A DNA stretch of 64,000 nt from Thermoplasmata archaeon (GCA_035501555.1 DATJWA010000016.1:44316-108315); one strand, 5' to 3'. Shown: positions 1 through 10,322, numbered from the stretch's first letter. Notes: a model not told the origin generated them from the letters alone. Made by a program: numbers and translations.

Positions 1-664
1 CGTAGTCGGTGTAGGGGCCCACGAACGCGAGGAAGGCGGCAAGGCCTAGGACCGGAAGGCACAGGGGGATCAGGACGCTGAAGAACGCCTGGGTCCGGGT
101 CATCCCGTCGACCAGCGCGGCCTCCTCGATGTCGTCGGGGATGGAGTCCATGAAGTTCTTGACGAGGATCCCGCTGAACACCACCGCCCCCGCCGAGTAC
201 GGGATGATGAGGCCGATGTAGGTGTCGATCAGGCCGAGCTTGGCGAACATGAGGTAGAACGGCAGGATCATCACGAACGACGGGAAGAGCGAGATCAGGA
301 GGATGAAGTAGACGAACGTCCGCCGCCCCGGGAAGTTGAACTTGGAGAGAGCGAACCCGGTGAACGCCGCGAGGGCGAGCCCGATCGCCGCCGCGCTGCA
401 GGCGAAGATGAGCGAGTTCGTCAGCTCGGCGAGAAAGCTCGGGTTCTGGTCGAGCAGGATGCTGTGGTAACTCGAGAGCGTGAGCGAGCTCGGTCGGGGG
501 ACCAGGATGTGGGCGGTGATCGCGGCGACGGGGAGCGTCGAGAGCGAGGCGACGACCATGAAGTAGATCGGGAAGAGCGCGAAGATGCACGTGAGGATCA
601 GGATCGCGTGGGTGGCGACCCGCTTCGCGATGCGGATCGCCCGGACGCCTCGCCGCTGCCTCAT
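1..664 (-). CDS. ABC carbohydrate-transporter permease, MalG/UgpE-like (C-terminal end lies outside the window)
   Basis: Not in the ORF track because it is truncated. My translation of the minus strand from ATG 664-662 gives MRQRRGVRAIRIAKRVATHAILILTCIFALFPIYFMVVASL... It includes the permease EAA loop PDDIEEAALVDGMTRTQAFFSVLIPL. There is an ATGA start/stop overlap with the upstream permease gene. Confidence 0.85.
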   Translation of the reverse strand, partial: MRQRRGVRAIRIAKRVATHAILILTCIFALFPIYFMVVASLSTLPVAAITAHILVPRPSSLTLSSYHSILLDQNPSFLAELTNSLIFACSAAAIGLALAAFTGFALSKFNFPGRRTFVYFILLISLFPSFVMILPFYLMFAKLGLIDTYIGLIIPYSAGAVVFSGILVKNFMDSIPDDIEEAALVDGMTRTQAFFSVLIPLCLPVLGLAAFLAFVGPYTDY

Positions 665-1653
665 TTAAGCCAGTTCCGGGTGATGTTGGTCCGCCAGAGG
701 ACGACCACCGTGATCGCGACGATGATGAGGAAATCCAGGACCGCGTACATCGCCGCGGTCGAGAACGCGGGGCTCCCACCGAACGCGTCGTTGTAGGACT
801 GCGTGATGAAGATCGCGGTCGTGCTCCCGGGGTTGCCGTTCGTGATGAGATAGATGGGGTAGAAGTTGTTGAACGTGAAGAGGAACCCCATCAGGCCCAC
901 GAAGACGATCGTGGGCATGAGGTAGGGCAGCGTGATCCGGCCGAACTTCGAGAGCATCCCCGCGCCATCGATCGACGCGGCCTCGTAGAGGTCCTTCGGG
1001 ATCGACTGCATGGTCGAGAGGAAGACAACCGTGTAGAACGGGAACGAAAGCCAGATGTTGGTGATGAAGAGGGCGGCCCAGGCTGTGTCCGTGTGCTGGA
1101 GCCAGTCGACCGGCGCGACCCCCACGTACGACAGCATCCCGTTGATGATGCCGTAGTTGTACTGCCACATGTTCGCCCAGATCAGGATCGTGATGAACGC
1201 GGGCATCGCCCACGGAAGCATGATCAGCGTCCGGTAGACGGTCTTCCCGCGAATCTCCTGGTTCAGGACGGTGGCCAGACCGAGGCCGATCGCGAGAAAG
1301 AAGGCGACCGACCCGCCGGCCCAGAAGAGACTGTTGAAGATCAGCGACCAGGAGACGGACGAATTGACCGTGAAGGCGTAGACGTAGTTCGAGAGCCCGA
1401 CGTAGTGGTACGTAAGCAGAGAGAAGCGGCCCCCCGTCCCGAAGTCGGTGAGGGAGACATAGATCGTGTAGGCGATCGGGTAGGCGTTCAGGAACAGCAG
1501 GACGAGCGTCGTCGGGAGCAGGTAGAGGTAGGCCGGCCACTCGCGGCGAATCCGGAATGACAGGGTCTGGTCCCGAAGGTCCGCCATGAAGAAATCGTTC
1601 AGGCTCGCGTAACGGCACCCGGGATAAGCTCGTTTCGCCGCGCCCCGCGACAC
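661..1653 (-). CDS. ABC carbohydrate-transporter permease, MalF/UgpA-like
   Basis: 330-aa ORF with multiple hydrophobic spans and an EAA loop (LYEAASIDGAGMLSKFGRITLPYL). Start is uncertain: GTG 1653 or ATG 1587 (MADLRDQTL...). Confidence 0.85.
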   Translation of the reverse strand: MSRGAAKRAYPGCRYASLNDFFMADLRDQTLSFRIRREWPAYLYLLPTTLVLLFLNAYPIAYTIYVSLTDFGTGGRFSLLTYHYVGLSNYVYAFTVNSSVSWSLIFNSLFWAGGSVAFFLAIGLGLATVLNQEIRGKTVYRTLIMLPWAMPAFITILIWANMWQYNYGIINGMLSYVGVAPVDWLQHTDTAWAALFITNIWLSFPFYTVVFLSTMQSIPKDLYEAASIDGAGMLSKFGRITLPYLMPTIVFVGLMGFLFTFNNFYPIYLITNGNPGSTTAIFITQSYNDAFGGSPAFSTAAMYAVLDFLIIVAITVVVLWRTNITRNWLK

Positions 1654-1719
1654 GAACCTGAAATCCGAGGCGGCGCGGTTTCATCACCGCCGCCAGCGCA
1701 AATCCGCCCTTCCTCAAGT

Positions 1720-1729
1720 CGTAAATACG
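1720..1729 (+). promoter_or_regulatory. TATA-box-like element (gtaaatac) about 26 nt upstream of the ATG at 1750
   Basis: Isolated AT-rich octamer in a GC-rich spacer. Its centre lies 25-26 nt from the start codon, the archaeal TATA-to-TSS distance, so the transcript would be leaderless. Because the box is near-palindromic it could also serve the divergent permease operon. Confidence 0.45.
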
Positions 1730-1749
1730 GTGACCCACTGCCCGGCCCT

Positions 1750-4700
1750 ATGTCTTACGCCCGGAGCTGGCTGGGGAACTCGTCGCACCCGCTAATTCGA
1801 TTTACGGTGGCTGTCGCCCTCCTCGTGGTGGTGGTCATGCTGTTCTCGTCGTTCTCGGCCGCGCTGGCGACGACCGCCGCACGCACGTCGGGGGTCCGGG
1901 CGGCGACCCCGGGTCCGCTCCAAACGCCCAATACGATCACGTTCACCGGGCAGCCCCAGACGGACTTCCCGGCGGACGCACTTCTGTACACTAACCTCTT
2001 TACGCCCTGGGGCGCCTCCAACAACATCACGGGCCTGTACGGCACGTGGGACGCAACGAACCTGTATCTCGGCGTCTCGGGCATCAACGTTTCGGGCAAC
2101 AGTTTCCTCTTCGCCATCTCCAACGACTCGTCCTGGGGCACGACCAACCTTTCGAACATCTCGGGGGCCGGAGCGAGCTTCCTGGACCGGACGATCGACT
2201 TCACGCAGCCGATGAACTACCTGTTCGTCGTCAACAGTTCGTACATCCTCACTTCGTACGCGGTCACGTCGAAGGCCGGTAACGGAACGACCACCGTGGC
2301 CGCGCTCACGCCGGCGGCCGAGGACGACACCCTTACCGCGAGCGGAGGCAACCTCGAGGTCGCGCTGGCCTTCTCCGCGATTTTCCCCGGGGGTTTCCCC
2401 GACTTCGCGAACGTGAGCCTCTACGCCAGCGTCTTTGGCGGCAGCGGTTCCTACGTCGGTCCGACGATCCCCTCGGGCCAGAGCTACGACGTCAACTACG
2501 AGCCGGTCTACCTCACCGCGCACGACCTGGCCGACGGCTACCTCCTCGAGAACACCTTCTACCAGCTTAACCTCGACCCGCAGGGCCTTGGAGCTCCGGA
2601 CAGCGGGATCACCCCGAACTACGTCGCGGGTCAAACCTTCCACACGGTCACCTTCACCGGTTCCCCCTCGACCGACTTCCTGCCCAGCGAGCAGTCGCTG
2701 ATCAACACCAACACCGGCTGGGGGAGCACCAATCTGCTCAACTCTTCCTACATGACGTGGAACCAGACCACCCTCTTCCTGGGCGTCAACGTGACCATCC
2801 AGGGAGGCGTCTCTCCCGCGAACCACCTCGGGATCTTCATCAGCAACGACTCCGGCTCCGGACTCGGCACCTACAACCTCTCCGCGAACAACGACCCGGG
2901 GCTTGACCACTGGAACACGTTCTCCCAGGCGGTCAACTTCATCGCGGAGGTCAACTACAGCGGCAGCAGCCTCCCGTCGTCGCCCGTCGAGCTGTTCAAA
3001 GTGACCAGCCCGGCCGCCACCAGCAACACCTCGGTGACCGTGGTCAACGAGACCGGCGCGCTCGCGGGGAGCGCGGTGAGCGCGCAGGGAGTCGAGCTCG
3101 CCATTCCGTTCACCCTGCTCTACGGGAGCTCGGCCGCTTGGCCGGTGCTCGGGATGTTCGCGAACCTCAGCATGGTCACCGCGATCATGTCGGGCACGGG
3201 GAACTACACCGGCCCCACCCTGCCCGCGGGCCAGACCTCCACGAACGGCTACAACCCCTACCACTTCCTGGGGGCCTACGACTACCTGAACACCTTCTAC
3301 ACGCAGAACCTCGACCCGTACGGGGACGGGGTCCCGGCGGCGCAGATCAGCTCGGTCTACACCTACGGCCACACCTACCACTCGGTCCAGTTCACGGGGA
3401 CCCCCACGAAGGACTTCGTTTCGCCCGAGATCGTCGGCACGAGCAACTACACGGGCTGGAGCAGCAGCAACCTGATCAACTCGACCTACGCGACGTGGAA
3501 CTACACCGACCTGTTCATCGGGACCAACTCGACGGTCGGCGGCGGCAACTGGTTCATGGTCGCCATCTCGAACAATACGGGGGTCGGCGCCACAAACTTC
3601 TCGACCACCAACGTCGCGAACCTGACCCGGAACTTCGAGTTCGGTACCCCCGTCAACTGGGTGTTCGACTACTCGGGCGGCGCACCGAACGGATCGCTGT
3701 ACCAGGTGGACCTGAGCGGTACCACCGCGACATCGACCCAGTTCACGTTCGTCGCTAGCATACCGGCGGGAACCGACGGCGACGAGTTCGCCATTCCGTG
3801 GACGCTCCTCTACCCCAACCAGCCCGGCGGGGTCGACGCCGTGCCGGCCGGTGCCACCCCGCAACTGGTGGCCCTGATCTACGGAGGGTCGGGCGCCTAC
3901 ATCGGCCCCACCATCCCGGAGGGCCAGCAGTTCAGCAGCGGGACGGCGTTCGCCCCGATCAGCTCGTTCGTGTCGCTGGGTGTCGACCCGAACAAGGACG
4001 AGTACGCGGAGCCCGGGATCGTTCCGGGCGCCCCGGCCATCTCGCTAACCGGCGCGCCGATCTCGCTGAACATCATCTTCAACGACCACCAGCCGCTCTA
4101 CGCCTCCATCGGCGGTCCGTACGCGCTCGCCTGGACGGTAGTCCACCTCGAGGAGTATGCCGAGCAGGCGCTGATCGCCGGGTTGTACCCCAACCTCAAC
4201 ATCACCTACTCGCTCTCCGGCTCGCTCCTGTACCAGATCCTGGCGGCGGCGGTCGGCGACTACAACAACAGCTACCTGGAGGCCGCCTACATCCCCACGA
4301 GCCAGTGGGGCAACACGGTCTACACCGAGGTCAATACCTACGGGGACACCTTCCTCAGTTCGTTCGTCGCCCCGTACCAGTACAACACGACGACCGTTGC
4401 TTCCCTGCTGGAGTTCGACCTCGCCTTCAACACCCCGCCCTGGGCCTACCACGAGGACAACAACGCGAGCAAGCTCTACTGGCAGCTCTTCCTCCAGTAC
4501 CAGGCCGGCAAGACGCTCACGACCGCCAACCTGACGGACGCCCTGGTCGACTTCTTCCTGTGGTCGACCAGTTGGCCGATCGAGACCGGCCAGCTCGGGA
4601 GCACCTACATCGACCCGACCATGTGGGCGCTCTACAATCAGACAAGCTTCAGCATCTCGGACCTGAACACCATCCAGGCCTACTATCCCGTCGAGGCCCA

Positions 4701-7700
4701 GCTCGTGATCTCCGCGTTCTCCCACGACCGGATGCTGAATGACGGCACCGGCGGGAACGTCGAGCTGATCACCACCCCCTTCGACCACCCGATCCTCCCG
4801 CTCCTCCTCCTCGGGAACTGGACGGACGAGAACGGGGTCGGGATCTCGAAGGGGGTCTGGGCGAATGACACGACCGCCCAACTGACCATCGGCGCGCAGC
4901 TCTACCAGCAGGTCTTCGGCCAGGCGCCGCTCGGGCTGTGGAGCCCCGAGCAGGCGGTCTCGGCCGCGACGATCCCGTTCATCGGCGCCACGGGCTACCA
5001 GTGGACGTCGTCGTCCCAGGCGATCCTGGATGAGCTCGGCCTCCTACCCTCCGGCTCCGCGGGGGCGGTCACACCGACGCAGATGGAGACCCTGTACACA
5101 CCCTACAAGGTGTCGAACGGGACCCAGTCGACCGTCATGGTCTTCCGGGACGATGGGCTCTCGAACGACTGGGGCTTCAACTACGGGGGCGTCGCGAACA
5201 CCTCCGGGAACTGGGCGGCGGCCGACCAGTTCATGGCCTACCTCAAGAACATCTACGTGACCGTCCCGCGCGTCGACCACGGCACGACGCTCGTGACGAT
5301 GGCGCTGGATGGCGAGAACTGGATGTTCATGAGCCCCTTCCCGGAGGACGGGATTCCCTTCCTCGAGGACGTCTACGGCGCGCTGTCGGCGAACTCCTCG
5401 TGGGTCCAGACGACCACCACCCAGCAGTATCTCGTGACCCACCCTGCGTCGACCCTCCCGACCATCACGGACCTGCCCACCGGCTCGTGGAACAACGAGC
5501 CGACCGGGAACGGGATCAACTCCTACCTCGGGCAGTGGGCCGGCCACGGCCTCCAGGACGCCATGTGGCAGCAGCTGGCGCTCGTCCGCTCGGAGGTCCA
5601 GGCCTACGGGACGGCCAACGACCTGAGCCAGCCGATGACCCTCGCGGCGTTCGAGGCGGCGAACAACTTCCCGCACCTGACCGAGTGGAACACGACCAGC
5701 GCCCAGGACAAGTACACGCAGGCGTGGATCGACATCTACGGGGCCGAAGGCTCGGACGCCTACTTCGCTTGGGACCCGACCGACCAGAACCCGGCGGCGC
5801 AGAACGCGCTCGTCTTCGAGTCGGTCCTCCGCAGCGACCTCTCGAGCGCGCTGACGCTCCTGGGACTGCCGCTGACCCCGTTCCTGCTGAGCTCGTACAT
5901 CGTGCCGCAGACCCCGACGACCTGGGGCACGAACGCGTCGGTCTCGCCGGTCCTGAGCGGCTCGCTCTACACGACCGAGTCGTTCTCCGGCGGCCTCGGC
6001 TACTCGGTGAACCACAACGATGGCTGGGCCGGTGCCTACGCCAAGCAGACCGGCGACAGCACGAGCGGCGCGGGTCAGATCGCGGCGACGTACTACGCGT
6101 TCGACGTGAGCAACCTGTACTTCTCGGTCCAGGTGAACGGAGCGACCGCGGCCTACAAGGCCCCCAACTTCTACACCCCGGCCACCGACCAGATCGAGCT
6201 GTTCTTCTCGCCGGTCGACCCCCAGGCGGGGGACCTCCAGAGCCTGAACGTGCCGAACGGCGTCTACACCGTCGGCTCGACTCCGTTCGGGTTCGCGGCG
6301 ACCACGGAAGCGACCCTCGAAGGGAGCAGCGTGACCCCGAGCGGGAGCGCGACGCTGGGAGTCTTCAACAGTGCGGCGGGAGGGACGTGGGTCGCGGGCA
6401 CCCCGATCGTGGGTGACGCCTTCCTCGGCACCCAGCTGCAGCTGCAGGTGCCGACGAGCGCGCTCGGGATGTCGCCGGGCCAATCGGTCGAGTTCTTCGT
6501 GGCGGCCGTCAACGGCACCACCGGACTCCCGATCAGCTGGTCCGGGCCGATGATCGTGACGATCCCGTCGTCCCTCGCGGTCCTGACCCCGATTGCGACC
6601 ATCCACAACACCGCCGCCGACAACGGTCCCGGCTACTACACGATGCCCACGCAGGACTTCTCGGCGGGGCTGCCCGACTTCCCGCCGAACTCGCTCCAGA
6701 TGACGTACGTGAACGTGTCGGACAACCCCTACACGGTGCAGTTCAACGTCACGTTCGCGCAGCTGTCGAACCCCTTCGGCAGCACGTGGGGCTTCTCCCA
6801 GCCGGTCATCGACATCCTCATCCACGAGGCGGGGGCGAGCGGCGGGAGCATCGAGGGGATCCCCGGGTCGAACATCAACGTCACGTCGAGCGCGGCGTGG
6901 CAGTGGGCGATCCAGGCGTCCGGCTTCCCGGCGTCGAACTTCGTGCAGAGCGCCACCGGCGCCTCCTACCCGGCCGACGTCCTGGTGAGCTCGAACACCG
7001 GCCTGCCGGCGGGCGTCGCCGACGGGACGATCGTGGACAACGCGACCGTCAGCATCCAGGTCCCCACCGCCCTCATCGGGACCACCATCACGACCGACAC
7101 CTACGTCATCGTGGTCGGCTCCCAGGATGGGGAGGGAGGGGTCGGGGACGACTGGCGCGCGGTCGACAACGTCAGCTCCGCCTACCAGGGCGGCGGCGCG
7201 CCGTCGACCGAGCTCGGAACGTCCACGAACGTCTACGGCTACATCGCCCCGGCGGTCGTGAACTCCTCCGACTCGACCGAGACCCAGCAGGCGCTGCTGA
7301 ACACGTTCACCAAGACCCAGTTCGCCGTGTTGGACGGCATCCAGCTGCCCCTGCTCGCGACCAAGAAGGTCACGGTCGCAACCCTCGGGCCGAGCGCCTT
7401 CGTGAACACCTCGGGCGACCCCGAGGCCTACTATGCCTTCGGCAGCCAGCTCTACTCCTCGTCCTCGACGGACGGGATCACCTGGAGCACCCCGGTCGCG
7501 GGCGCGAACCTGTCGTTCGTCCCCGCGGGCCTCGCGGCCAGCGGAGGCTCGAACCCGGGCCTCGTGGCCTGGAACGGGACGCAGTACGCCTTCGAGGACC
7601 TGACGACGTCCGTGGTGACCAGCGGCACCGCCACCGGCCCCATTGAGGCGGCCGCGGTGACCGACGCGAGCGTCGGCTACGAACTGGCGCTCGACGTCGG

Positions 7701-8409
7701 CGGCACGGTGCAGATCGTCTCGGCCGGGGGTGGCGCTTCGGGCTCTGCGACCCTCAACGCCCTCGCGGTCGGTCTGTCGACCTCGGGCGGGACGACCTAT
7801 CTCGCCTACGCGACCGCGACCGGCCTCTCCGTGGTGACGCTCTCGTTCAGCGGGGCGACCGTGACGTTCGGAGCGTCAACGGTCCTTTCCGCGGCGATCC
7901 CGAGCGGGGCGACGGTCGAGAGCCTGGCGTTGGCGGCCGACCCGTCGGGCGGCGTGGCGGTGGCGATCGCGCTGAAGAACACCACCGGCTCGAACATCTA
8001 CCTCGCGGTGGGAACGGGCAACGTGACCCTGAAGGCGCTGACCAGCGACGGGCAGGACTCCTCGCCCTCCGTGGTCCTCGGCGAGTCGGGCGGCACGTGG
8101 TCGGCCTACGTCGGCTTCACGAACGCCGGCGGCAGCGGGAACGTCTTCTTCATCCCGACGGCGGTCGGCACGGTCTCCACGCCACCGACGACGTCCTCCT
8201 CCCCGTCGACGCCCACCTGGGTTTGGATCGCGATCGCCGTGGCCATCATCCTGGTCGTCATCGGCGCGATCGTGGCGCTGTCGCGCCGCAAGCAGGGCGG
8301 CGCCCCGCCGACCACTGGCGCCGGTCCGGGTACCGGTCCTCAGAGCACGACCTCGACCTCCACCACCCCCTCGGGCGACCAGCCGCCTCAGGGGGGAGGG
8401 GGAACCTGA
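1750..8409 (+). CDS. Giant (2219 aa) membrane-anchored GH57-family amylopullulanase-like glycoside hydrolase
   Basis: Domain order as read from the translation:
- N-terminal signal/anchor (LIRFTVAVALLVVVVMLFSSF).
- Three ~240-aa tandem modules starting TFTGQPQTDF / TFTGSPSTDF / QFTGTPTKDF.
- GH57 signature regions NDHQPLY, TTPFDHPILPLLL, LWSPEQAV and ALDGENWMF (about 4050-5400).
- Glucodextranase-C-like segment.
- Asp-box (SSSTDGITWS) in a repetitive beta-rich C-terminal region.
- Thr/Ser/Pro linker.
- TM helix WVWIAIAVAIILVVIGAIVAL followed by a basic stop-transfer.
The protein carries very many NxS/T sequons. Confidence 0.85.
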   Translation: MSYARSWLGNSSHPLIRFTVAVALLVVVVMLFSSFSAALATTAARTSGVRAATPGPLQTPNTITFTGQPQTDFPADALLYTNLFTPWGASNNITGLYGTWDATNLYLGVSGINVSGNSFLFAISNDSSWGTTNLSNISGAGASFLDRTIDFTQPMNYLFVVNSSYILTSYAVTSKAGNGTTTVAALTPAAEDDTLTASGGNLEVALAFSAIFPGGFPDFANVSLYASVFGGSGSYVGPTIPSGQSYDVNYEPVYLTAHDLADGYLLENTFYQLNLDPQGLGAPDSGITPNYVAGQTFHTVTFTGSPSTDFLPSEQSLINTNTGWGSTNLLNSSYMTWNQTTLFLGVNVTIQGGVSPANHLGIFISNDSGSGLGTYNLSANNDPGLDHWNTFSQAVNFIAEVNYSGSSLPSSPVELFKVTSPAATSNTSVTVVNETGALAGSAVSAQGVELAIPFTLLYGSSAAWPVLGMFANLSMVTAIMSGTGNYTGPTLPAGQTSTNGYNPYHFLGAYDYLNTFYTQNLDPYGDGVPAAQISSVYTYGHTYHSVQFTGTPTKDFVSPEIVGTSNYTGWSSSNLINSTYATWNYTDLFIGTNSTVGGGNWFMVAISNNTGVGATNFSTTNVANLTRNFEFGTPVNWVFDYSGGAPNGSLYQVDLSGTTATSTQFTFVASIPAGTDGDEFAIPWTLLYPNQPGGVDAVPAGATPQLVALIYGGSGAYIGPTIPEGQQFSSGTAFAPISSFVSLGVDPNKDEYAEPGIVPGAPAISLTGAPISLNIIFNDHQPLYASIGGPYALAWTVVHLEEYAEQALIAGLYPNLNITYSLSGSLLYQILAAAVGDYNNSYLEAAYIPTSQWGNTVYTEVNTYGDTFLSSFVAPYQYNTTTVASLLEFDLAFNTPPWAYHEDNNASKLYWQLFLQYQAGKTLTTANLTDALVDFFLWSTSWPIETGQLGSTYIDPTMWALYNQTSFSISDLNTIQAYYPVEAQLVISAFSHDRMLNDGTGGNVELITTPFDHPILPLLLLGNWTDENGVGISKGVWANDTTAQLTIGAQLYQQVFGQAPLGLWSPEQAVSAATIPFIGATGYQWTSSSQAILDELGLLPSGSAGAVTPTQMETLYTPYKVSNGTQSTVMVFRDDGLSNDWGFNYGGVANTSGNWAAADQFMAYLKNIYVTVPRVDHGTTLVTMALDGENWMFMSPFPEDGIPFLEDVYGALSANSSWVQTTTTQQYLVTHPASTLPTITDLPTGSWNNEPTGNGINSYLGQWAGHGLQDAMWQQLALVRSEVQAYGTANDLSQPMTLAAFEAANNFPHLTEWNTTSAQDKYTQAWIDIYGAEGSDAYFAWDPTDQNPAAQNALVFESVLRSDLSSALTLLGLPLTPFLLSSYIVPQTPTTWGTNASVSPVLSGSLYTTESFSGGLGYSVNHNDGWAGAYAKQTGDSTSGAGQIAATYYAFDVSNLYFSVQVNGATAAYKAPNFYTPATDQIELFFSPVDPQAGDLQSLNVPNGVYTVGSTPFGFAATTEATLEGSSVTPSGSATLGVFNSAAGGTWVAGTPIVGDAFLGTQLQLQVPTSALGMSPGQSVEFFVAAVNGTTGLPISWSGPMIVTIPSSLAVLTPIATIHNTAADNGPGYYTMPTQDFSAGLPDFPPNSLQMTYVNVSDNPYTVQFNVTFAQLSNPFGSTWGFSQPVIDILIHEAGASGGSIEGIPGSNINVTSSAAWQWAIQASGFPASNFVQSATGASYPADVLVSSNTGLPAGVADGTIVDNATVSIQVPTALIGTTITTDTYVIVVGSQDGEGGVGDDWRAVDNVSSAYQGGGAPSTELGTSTNVYGYIAPAVVNSSDSTETQQALLNTFTKTQFAVLDGIQLPLLATKKVTVATLGPSAFVNTSGDPEAYYAFGSQLYSSSSTDGITWSTPVAGANLSFVPAGLAASGGSNPGLVAWNGTQYAFEDLTTSVVTSGTATGPIEAAAVTDASVGYELALDVGGTVQIVSAGGGASGSATLNALAVGLSTSGGTTYLAYATATGLSVVTLSFSGATVTFGASTVLSAAIPSGATVESLALAADPSGGVAVAIALKNTTGSNIYLAVGTGNVTLKALTSDGQDSSPSVVLGESGGTWSAYVGFTNAGGSGNVFFIPTAVGTVSTPPTTSSSPSTPTWVWIAIAVAIILVVIGAIVALSRRKQGGAPPTTGAGPGTGPQSTTSTSTTPSGDQPPQGGGGT

Positions 8410-8796
8410 GCCGAAGTCCACCCCCTCCTGTCCCTTCGAGACCCGCGGTAGTTGCCCAGCCGCACGGCTGGCACGACGCCGGCGGCCAGGACTCGACGGC
8501 GCGTCGCGGGTGACCCGATCCTTACGCTGCAAGCGGCACGTCTCTCCTTGCCGGGGTGCCGAGAACCCCTGCCGGACCCACGTGCCCCGTCCTTGAGGCA
8601 TCGGATCGGGGCTGTGGGCCCAGGGTGCCCCGCATGGTCAGCGGGACCGCCTGCTCGCCGTGGGAAGGGGGGCGATAGGCTGGACCTTCGCACCGCGCCG
8701 TAGCCCGCAGCCGGAGTTGACCAGGGCGCCGAGGAGGGAGCCCGACCGGCTACGACCGTCTCACGGGCCCATGCTCCGCGACGGAACCGTGCGCAC

Positions 8797-10218
8797 CTAC
8801 TCGGGCGGGATGTGGTTCTGCTGCATCTGCGAGATGATCTGGGTCTGGATGCTCGACATCGCCTGGGCGGCCGTGATCGAGCCGGCAATGTAGTCGGAGA
8901 CCTCGTCCCCGAAGGGGGTCCAGTAGTAGGTCATCTGGGGCGTGTTGGGGAACGCCTGCGAGTAGTTGAAGAACTGGTCGAGGAACCCTTCCTCGAAGGG
9001 GATCTTGAGCGACTGAACGTAGCCGAACGTGTTCGCCAGCGAGGGGATGTCGCCGGAAGAGTTGAACAACTCACCTTCGACGGTCGGGCTCGCCAGGAAC
9101 TGCGCGAACTTGATGGACTCGTTGAACAGCACGGAGCCGGCGCCCGAGGCGTTCGGGGCGCTGACGAAGGCCCCGATCGACCCCCAGAAGGGCTCGGGGT
9201 GCAGGCCGGTCTGCGAGACGATCGGGATCGGGGCCACCCCGACGTTGGTGGCGCCCAGAGCGTTCACGTAGGTCTGGATGTCCCACGGTCCGTCGAAGAT
9301 CATCCCGACGTTCCCCTCGGCGAACTGGTCCTCCCACGTCGTTTCGGAGGTGATCCCCGGGGGTTCGACCGCATCGACCGTCGAGAAGTTCGCGGCGAAC
9401 GTGAGCGCGTTGATCGAGGCCGTGTTGTTCAGGTTGGGGAGCCCGTTCGACTGGAAGAAGGTGCTCCCGAAGCCCGATTGCCAGGCCGGGAAGCGGTACC
9501 CGCCATCGGAGTCGACCGCGTAGATGAGGCCTGCGGTGGTGATCTTGCCGCCGGACGTCACGGTGATGTTCTTCGCGTCGGAGAGCATCTGGTCCGTGGT
9601 CGTCGGGGCCACGGGTACCAGGTGTTTGTTGTAGATCATCGCGACGCCGTTGACGTTCAGCGGGAGCCCGTAGATCGAGCCGGACTGGGTCACGTCCGAA
9701 AGCGCCCCCGGAATGAAGGGGGAGAAGGCCGAGGCGGGCAGGAACTCGCTCAGGTTAGCAAGGAATCCGTCAAAGTAGAGACCTCCGGCAAAGTCGCTGG
9801 TGCCGATCAGAATGTCGGGGGCCTGGCAGGCGAGGGCCGCCGCCACGTAGTTCGACGGGGAGGGGGTCGTCTCGTTGACCCAGGTGACGCTCTGCCCGGG
9901 GTTGGCGGCCTCGTATTGGGTCACGGCGGCCTGGAACGCCGGAAACTCGGTGGCGCTGAAGTCCTGCCAGACGTTGATGCTCTTGGACGAGCTGCACCCG
10001 GCGGTGCCGGTCGACTGGCCCGGCAACTTGTGATTGATCCCGAGGTAGGCGAGCGAGCCGGCAACGACCACAACGACCACGATGATGATCGCGATCACCG
10101 CGCCGCTCAGCTTGCGCTTGCGACGCTGGGGGCCGCGGGTTCCAGTCGGCGCAGGACCTCCAGCCCCCGTCGGAGTCGATGGGTTGGAGGGATTACCGGT
10201 CGGTTGGCTTCCGGACAC
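8797..10218 (-). CDS. Extracellular solute-binding protein, family 1 (MalE-like), N-terminally membrane anchored
   Basis: The C-terminal ~440 aa of the 667-aa ORF look like a sugar-binding protein (INVWQDFSATEFPAFQAAVTQYEAANPG..., GLPLNVNGVAMIYNKHLVP). They follow a basic stretch, a TM helix (AVIAIIIVVVVVVAGSLAYL) and a Cys. The upstream 190 codons overlap the EamA gene and are Arg/Pro-rich, so I start the gene at the in-frame GTG at 10218. That GTG lies 26 nt downstream of a TATA-like box. Confidence 0.8.
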   Translation of the reverse strand: MSGSQPTGNPSNPSTPTGAGGPAPTGTRGPQRRKRKLSGAVIAIIIVVVVVVAGSLAYLGINHKLPGQSTGTAGCSSSKSINVWQDFSATEFPAFQAAVTQYEAANPGQSVTWVNETTPSPSNYVAAALACQAPDILIGTSDFAGGLYFDGFLANLSEFLPASAFSPFIPGALSDVTQSGSIYGLPLNVNGVAMIYNKHLVPVAPTTTDQMLSDAKNITVTSGGKITTAGLIYAVDSDGGYRFPAWQSGFGSTFFQSNGLPNLNNTASINALTFAANFSTVDAVEPPGITSETTWEDQFAEGNVGMIFDGPWDIQTYVNALGATNVGVAPIPIVSQTGLHPEPFWGSIGAFVSAPNASGAGSVLFNESIKFAQFLASPTVEGELFNSSGDIPSLANTFGYVQSLKIPFEEGFLDQFFNYSQAFPNTPQMTYYWTPFGDEVSDYIAGSITAAQAMSSIQTQIISQMQQNHIPPE

Positions 10219-10240
10219 TGAAGATGGGCGAGGCCTCGTT

Positions 10241-10250
10241 GATATTTCAA
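10241..10250 (-). promoter_or_regulatory. TATA-box-like element (minus strand ttgaaatatc) about 26 nt upstream of the GTG at 10218
   Basis: It is the only AT-rich block between the EamA stop (10323) and the proposed start of the binding-protein gene. The spacing fits a leaderless transcript. Confidence 0.4.
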
Positions 10251-10322
10251 CCCTGCCGAAACCGCGTCGTGTCGTGGCTCCGTGCGGCGCCTGGTCCTTG
10301 GGTCGCCCGCATCTCCCGTTCG

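Noticed and set aside
464-796. Plus-strand ORF 464-796 (Arg/Asp/Glu-rich).
   Set aside because: It is antisense to the junction of the two ABC permease genes, and its composition is not protein-like.
8410-8796. The 390-nt GC-rich convergent gap between the GH57 gene and the binding-protein gene, as a structured RNA (SRP RNA or RNase P RNA).
   Set aside because: I could not find the conserved SRP helix-8 motifs (GGAA/AGCA loops) or the RNase P CR-I/CR-V motifs on either strand. A covariance-model scan would be needed to call anything here.
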